Positions 29,673 to 33,726 of a stretch of DNA of 33,726 nucleotides are shown piece after piece. Positions within the stretch are counted from its first letter, which is position 1; each line of letters starts with the position of its first letter. The translations under genes and the position numbers were made by a program. Origin of the DNA: a virus (taxonomy: Duplodnaviria; Heunggongvirae; Uroviricota; Caudoviricetes); IMG/VR virus record IMGVR_UViG_2711768017_000019; one strand, 5' to 3'. Below the pieces are notes generated by a model. The model was not told the origin of the DNA and did no database searches. It saw only the letters and a list, made by a program, of their open reading frames with translations.

Positions 29673-30101
29673 TCAGGGTTTAAAATCCAGCACCCCATTT
29701 TGAAATACTTTATATACTTCCGGCGAAGGGGGGGCAGGTATATCAGCATTCTTTATCGCATTCATCGCTTCACGACATAAATCGAGGTCTCCACTTTCTC
29801 TTTTAACCTCCAGTAGAAGGCCATTCGGGGCCATATGCATTCTCAGTGTACACTCTTTTCCTGAATACTTACTCGCATCCCCGAACTGTTTTTCGATGGC
29901 GCTCTTGATTTGATGGGCATACAGACGGATATCCTCACTAACATCAGAAGTACGTTCAGATGAACTCACATACTGTGTCTCTATTGCTTTATCGGAGTAA
30001 TATGATGTACGGTCATGATAATTTGTCGATACAGCATCAGTGCACCCGATAATAATCCCACTAATAATCAACGTAAGAATTGATGCGCTACGAAAACCCA
30101 T
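29673..30101 (-). CDS. Lipoprotein with TolA domain III-like C-terminal domain (paralogue 1)
   Basis: 142-aa ORF, ATG with GAGGA RBS, lipobox IIGC. C-terminus QIKSAIEKQFGDASKYSGKECTLRMHMAPNGLLLEVKRESGDLDLCREAMNAIKNADIPAPPSPEVYKVFQNGVLDFKP closely parallels the remembered TolA C-terminus (...QIKSAIESKFYDASSYAGKTCTLRIKLAPDGMLLDIKPEGGDPALCQAALAAAKLAKIPKPPSQAVYEVFKNAPLDFKP). Confidence 0.65.
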   Translation of the reverse strand: MGFRSASILTLIISGIIIGCTDAVSTNYHDRTSYYSDKAIETQYVSSSERTSDVSEDIRLYAHQIKSAIEKQFGDASKYSGKECTLRMHMAPNGLLLEVKRESGDLDLCREAMNAIKNADIPAPPSPEVYKVFQNGVLDFKP

Positions 30102-30218
30102 TTTTCCTCACATATGTCATATAGTAAAGGATTATATATACCGTTGTTTTGGACGCTCAAACAGCGAATCAGATCAAATAAAACGCACATTTGTTAACAT
30201 TTACACAAAGTCTGCGTG

Positions 30219-30239
30219 GGATATTCTGAAAGAATATCC
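30219..30239. promoter_or_regulatory. Perfect 8-5-8 palindrome GGATATTC-TGAAA-GAATATCC upstream of TolA-like lipoprotein 1
   Basis: Read directly; lies about 120 bp upstream of the ATG at 30101 and about 75 bp upstream of a TATAAT-like -10 on the minus strand (around 30140-30150). Confidence 0.3.
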
Positions 30240-30689
30240 ATAATGTGGAGAGAATCTATTGAAGTGCATGGTGCCGGGTGCCTCCCGGTGAACAAAATGT
30301 TCGTGATACCTGTCGGCGACAGAAAAGGTTAATGGTATCACCCCACCGCACAGGGGGATTCACCATGCAGGAGTTTTCTTAGCAAACTCACTGCGCGCCC
30401 GGCAACTCCCAACCACATAAAATGCGGAGTTTGTGGCATTTATGCATATAACTCGCAGGAATTATCTTAAAAAACTGATGTCGATCCGGATTAAAAAGAA
30501 GCAGGTCATCATCAGATGACTGGAAAAAAGGAAAACAAAAAATACTCATCATACAGTTTTGATTGCAGGGATGAGCCTGCTATGCACAATATGCAGAATA
30601 TAAGCAAGATAAAAATATGCAGGCATATTATTTCGGATCTTGTTATTAACACAACCTTTTTAATAATCATTTGGCATACAATAAACCAG

Positions 30690-30720
30690 CCCAAAAAGAA
30701 CCGCCTAAACAGGCGGTTGG
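30690..30720 (-). terminator. Rho-independent terminator in the Q-to-moron intergenic region
   Basis: Stem aaccgcc / ggcgguu (6-nt loop) followed on the minus strand by CUUUUUGG. Confidence 0.45.
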
Positions 30721-30962
30721 TCAATACAAAGGATGCTTCGTCTTTATTATAGTAATCTGAGGCGTCGGGTGTCTTGTATCAGACAACATATTGTCCCGCT
30801 AAACAGCGAATTACAAACCACCCTGCAATGATCTCTCATCTCATTTTATATGAGTTGACGACATCAGGATAACGCATCATCAGCCCCTGCCAAGAAATAT
30901 CAAAACTCCCGCCAGCAATGTGTTATCACAATATTGTAAAAAAAACACAGCACCGAAACTAT

Positions 30963-31001
30963 AACTGGTCTCTGTTATAATTTGGAGCAGAAAGACCAGT
31001 T
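30963..31001. promoter_or_regulatory. 9-bp inverted repeat AACTGGTCT...AGACCAGTT enclosing an extended -10 (TGtTATAAT, plus strand 30973-30981)
   Basis: Read directly; perfect TATAAT with upstream TG lies in the loop of the inverted repeat, about 60 bp upstream of the bidirectional terminator at 31039-31067. Confidence 0.25.
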
Positions 31002-31038
31002 GCCCAACTAGCAGCATTCTCCCCTGCTTTCCTGACGT

Positions 31039-31067
31039 AAAAAAACCGCATTAAGCGGTTTTTTTAC
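31039..31067. terminator. Bidirectional intrinsic terminator about 80 bp downstream of Q (tR'-like)
   Basis: aaaaaaaccgc-attaa-gcggttttttt: GC stem flanked by an A-run and a T-run, so it can terminate on either strand. Confidence 0.5.
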
Positions 31068-31145
31068 GATGTCCATGTCTGCAATCCGCCTCGCGATACA
31101 GCTTTGCGAAGCATAGCAAAATTGAAGCAGTTTATACGTAAGAAA

Positions 31146-31688
31146 TCAAGCCATTTTCTCAGCAAATGATTCACGCATGGGAATATATAGGGCATACTCA
31201 GCAACAGCTAACCAATTAGCAATCCGTTTTTCGCATGTGCTAAAACACCACTCTGGGTGTGCATCATTTAGCAATTCAGCCATTTTGCGCTTAGTCATCC
31301 CCCGCCCTTCATAGCGTTGCCGGAGAATGCAAATCAATCCTGGATGCTCTGCCAGCACCTCACTTATGACTCGATCAATACATAACGCCTCTGCATCAGT
31401 ACAATGCGCCAGCCAGCTCTTTTGCTTGCCGTTGATCATCTCTCGCAAAAACGCTTCCAGCTCAGCTTTCTCTATTCCCGCTTTTTTCATTCTGCGCAGG
31501 GCTTCATTAATGGCTGTTTTCGTCAGTTTTTTGGATGCCAACAACTGATTGAACATATTCCCTGACCTGCCACCGCCAATATACGACCAGCGCCCCCACA
31601 TACGTAGTTTTCCCTGAATCCAGACACTTTCCAGCGTGGTGAGGCGAAGGTGTTCTCCGCTTTTTCCTGTATTCGTTGGGTAAATCAT
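31146..31688 (-). CDS. Late-gene antiterminator, Q-like (putative)
   Basis: 180-aa ORF directly after the nin-like genes and before the terminator/lysis region; several Cys (HCTD, LCID, WCFSTC) compatible with a Zn-binding Q protein; not lambda- or 82-type by sequence, possibly 21-type like the lysis cassette. Confidence 0.5.
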   Translation of the reverse strand: MIYPTNTGKSGEHLRLTTLESVWIQGKLRMWGRWSYIGGGRSGNMFNQLLASKKLTKTAINEALRRMKKAGIEKAELEAFLREMINGKQKSWLAHCTDAEALCIDRVISEVLAEHPGLICILRQRYEGRGMTKRKMAELLNDAHPEWCFSTCEKRIANWLAVAEYALYIPMRESFAEKMA

Positions 31689-31975
31689 AAATGACCTTTC
31701 TTTCTCCAGATTTCTTGTGTGCGAAAAACCCCTTCAGCATGCATCAGGCGCAATTCTTCTTTGGTGTAATCGCTGGTTTTTACCCGCCCGTCGATTAGAT
31801 CGTGGCATGAGCTACAGGCTATCGCCGCCTGCATATCATGTGGTTTTGTCGCTGTTCCGCACGTCCCCGCCAGCCTGTAATGCGCCAGCACAGAGGTTTC
31901 GGGATTGTGATTGCAGTAGCCAGGGATTCTGATCTGGCACATCTGGCCTTTAGCCGCTTTACGTAAATTCACCAT
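31685..31975 (-). CDS. YbcO-like nin-region protein (Cys-rich, putative nuclease)
   Basis: 96-aa ORF with C..R.PG.CN.NPETSVLAH....G.CG...KP.D...A.ACS.CHD pattern recalled from DLP12 YbcO; start overlaps Q. Confidence 0.5.
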   Translation of the reverse strand: MVNLRKAAKGQMCQIRIPGYCNHNPETSVLAHYRLAGTCGTATKPHDMQAAIACSSCHDLIDGRVKTSDYTKEELRLMHAEGVFRTQEIWRKKGHL

Positions 31976-32574
31976 TACGCAAACTCCAGTAGTTGTGCGG
32001 CCACATTTTCAACTTCCTCCTGAGAGGAGAATTTACGGAACAGAATCCAGTTCCACAGCACATTCAGTACAGATTTATAAACCTGCTGAAACTCGACTTC
32101 GTCCATATTCGCAAAAGCGATGGATTTTGCCCGACGCCCACGGCTACCGTCCGGATAAATATGCTCGGTGTAAAATCCGGCCTGAATGGTTACCCACTCG
32201 CGGAAAGCCTCAAACGACTTTAGCAACGCCGTATCCCGGGTTCTACGAGTCGCAACGGTGTTAAGGTATTGCTCTGCGGCATCACTCAGGGCTGGCGTGT
32301 GTTCCCGACCAACTGATTCGCACAGGTAATCAACGAAACCAGACAGCAGTTCTCGTTCGCGAGGCGTGATCGCCCCACCGACCGGAGTCCAGTAATCGAA
32401 TCCCAGTTGCAGGAGTTTGAAAAAACGCTTGTGGAATGCGTAGTTACGCACACGCTTAAAGTCTGCGTGTATCCACTCACCTATTTTGATTTGATGCAGA
32501 AAATCGCAACTCTCCGGCGTCGCCGGGAGAAGTAAACCAGAAGAGGTTTGTTTGACCAGTTGTATATGCGCCAT
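31975..32574 (-). CDS. YbcN-like nin-region protein (hypothetical)
   Basis: 199-aa ORF starting MAHIQLVK..., similar to the N-terminus remembered for prophage YbcN-family proteins; first gene after the AT-rich region. Confidence 0.4.
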   Translation of the reverse strand: MAHIQLVKQTSSGLLLPATPESCDFLHQIKIGEWIHADFKRVRNYAFHKRFFKLLQLGFDYWTPVGGAITPRERELLSGFVDYLCESVGREHTPALSDAAEQYLNTVATRRTRDTALLKSFEAFREWVTIQAGFYTEHIYPDGSRGRRAKSIAFANMDEVEFQQVYKSVLNVLWNWILFRKFSSQEEVENVAAQLLEFA

Positions 32575-32854
32575 TTCTCAATCTCTCGATGGCGCAGCGC
32601 AGCAGATGCCAGTTGTTCAGGCTGACGAATAAAGTATAAATAAACTGGCTATGGTGTAAAGCCCCACATAGCATGAACAAACACTACATATCAAATAGCT
32701 GGTACAAGGATAGAAATACGACACTTATTATTAAAAACGATTAGATAAATTACATTTTAATGTTATGCAAAAGTTCTTTTTTATCATAACATTTCAATAA
32801 AAGCATTACAGATGCAATCATCCCGTCATCATCAATTATTTAAGGTGGTTAAAC

Positions 32855-32941
32855 ATGGAAAATAACAAGTTCGCACATCTCGCTCCTTTTTTATCCGTAA
32901 TCCTTTTCGCTTGTTGTTTTATATGGGCATTATTTTTATAA
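32855..32941 (+). CDS. Candidate 28-aa small hydrophobic membrane protein
   Basis: ATG at 32855 preceded by strong SD AAGGTGG (6-nt spacing); encodes MENNKFAHLAPFLSVILFACCFIWALFL; below the ORF-track size cutoff. Confidence 0.3.
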   Translation: MENNKFAHLAPFLSVILFACCFIWALFL

Positions 32942-33332
32942 AGTAGCCACATGATAAGTTGCTGGAATCATATTTCCCACTCAAGTCATTAACATTTGAT
33001 AAGATATATCTAAAAGGACGCCTTTACATTATTTATGCGTATATAATTTATTTATATACACAGTAAAGGTATCCTGGGAAAATATTTATCGTTAAAAAAT
33101 ACATCATAAATAATTAAGCTGAAATTTCAGAACACAACTAATACACACAATAAGGTTCAGTAACAGTAATCTATGTGGACTACATCGAGATTTTTTGATT
33201 AAACTTTAATAACTTATTCCTAACACACAGAATGCATAAACTAAAAGTAAAACAAATAGTTATACGAAAAACAACCATATTTATTCTATCTTCTCCTCTA
33301 ATCAACATATCAATTATGTGTTTCATAACAGC

Positions 33333-33373
33333 TTGACATAACCCTCCAAAAGATGCATTTTTAATGCATGTTT
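33333..33373 (+). promoter_or_regulatory. Candidate promoter (consensus -35 TTGACA) with overlapping NsrR-type palindrome
   Basis: TTGACA at 33333-33338; AAGATGCATTTTTAATGCATGTT at 33350-33372 resembles the NsrR box (AAGATGCATTT half-sites); GGAGGAGGTGG RBS follows. Confidence 0.4.
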
Positions 33374-33726
33374 TGGAGGAGGTGGTTATGACACACAAGA
33401 GAATTCCTAAAGATTGGGTAATCAAACGCTCAACTCCGTTCTTCACAAAAGAGAACGTACCTTCAGCGTTATTAACACATCATAATACAGCAGCAGGTGT
33501 TTTTGGGCAGTTGTGCGTAATGGAAGGCACTGTAACATATTATGGTTTTACTGATGAGAATGCTACTGAACCGGAGATAAAAGTAGTCATTAATGCTGGC
33601 GCTTTTGCAACAAGCCCACCACAATACTGGCACCGTGTTGAACTAAGCGATGATGCTCAGTTTAATATTAACTTTTGGGTCGCTCCAGACTTTTCGGGCG
33701 AAAAAGTCTATAGCACCAAAAAATAG
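33364..33726 (+). CDS. YeaR-like DUF1971-family protein (probable true start ATG at 33388)
   Basis: TPFF.K...P...H.T..GV...L.VM.G.V.Y.G..DE...EP.......AG.FA..PP..WH.....D..FNI.F.VAP pattern shared with E. coli YeaR as remembered; strong RBS before the ATG at 33388; ORF ends at the window edge with a stop. Confidence 0.55.
   Translation: MHVLEEVVMTHKRIPKDWVIKRSTPFFTKENVPSALLTHHNTAAGVFGQLCVMEGTVTYYGFTDENATEPEIKVVINAGAFATSPPQYWHRVELSDDAQFNINFWVAPDFSGEKVYSTKK

Noticed and set aside
30241-30330. 29-codon plus-strand ORF (MWRESIEVHGAGCLPVNKMFVIPVGDRKG) in the GC-richer island
   Set aside because: No Shine-Dalgarno sequence and no supporting context.
30250-30480. Possible tRNA or structured RNA in the GC-richer island between the TolA-like gene and the Q region
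   Set aside because: No recognisable T-loop (GTTCRANYC) or acceptor-stem pairing was found by eye; only short local hairpins. A tRNAscan/Infernal run would be needed to exclude it formally.
30512-30752. 70-aa (minus) and 78-aa (plus) ORFs in the AT-rich Q-to-moron intergenic region
   Set aside because: The minus ORF starts with TTG inside a terminator hairpin with no RBS; the plus ORF is Lys/Asn-rich AT-driven sequence. More plausibly non-coding regulatory DNA.
33039-33059. AT-rich palindrome GTATATAA-TTTAT-TTATATAC
   Set aside because: Short palindromes of pure A/T are expected by chance in very AT-rich DNA; no adjacent gene or promoter context makes it stand out.
1-33726. CRISPR arrays, IS elements/transposases, integrase or attachment sites
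   Set aside because: No regularly spaced short direct repeats, no transposase- or integrase-like ORF and no recognisable att core were seen anywhere in the window.

Overview
This 33.7 kb window is almost entirely the late region of a lambdoid, Rac-like prophage of an Escherichia/Shigella-type host, with nearly every gene on the minus strand (transcribed right to left). Reading in transcription order: nin-region genes (YbcN-like, YbcO-like) and a Q-like antiterminator; a short non-coding late-promoter/terminator region; two tandem paralogous lipoproteins whose C-terminal domains resemble TolA domain III (moron position); a phage-21-type lysis cassette (S21-like pinholin, SAR endolysin truncated at its C-terminus, an N-terminally deleted Rz with intact embedded Rz1); the AT-rich trkG potassium-transporter moron; a ParB-like nuclease gene overlapping a GT-A-like glycosyltransferase gene; terminase small and large subunits, portal, head morphogenesis protein, scaffold, major capsid, head-tail joining proteins, major tail protein, tail assembly chaperone with a -1 frameshift extension, tape measure, then lambda-like tail-tip genes M, L, K, I, J, followed by lom, stf and tfa. 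The J gene is interrupted by a perfect 158-bp inverted duplication plus a microhomology deletion, so the element looks defective unless this is an assembly artefact. The right end (32.6-33.7 kb) is AT-rich non-coding DNA with a 28-codon hydrophobic ORF and a plus-strand YeaR-like gene behind an NsrR-type palindrome; no replication, immunity or integrase genes are in the window. All calls rest on reading the ORF translations and DNA by eye against remembered protein families; no database search was run.
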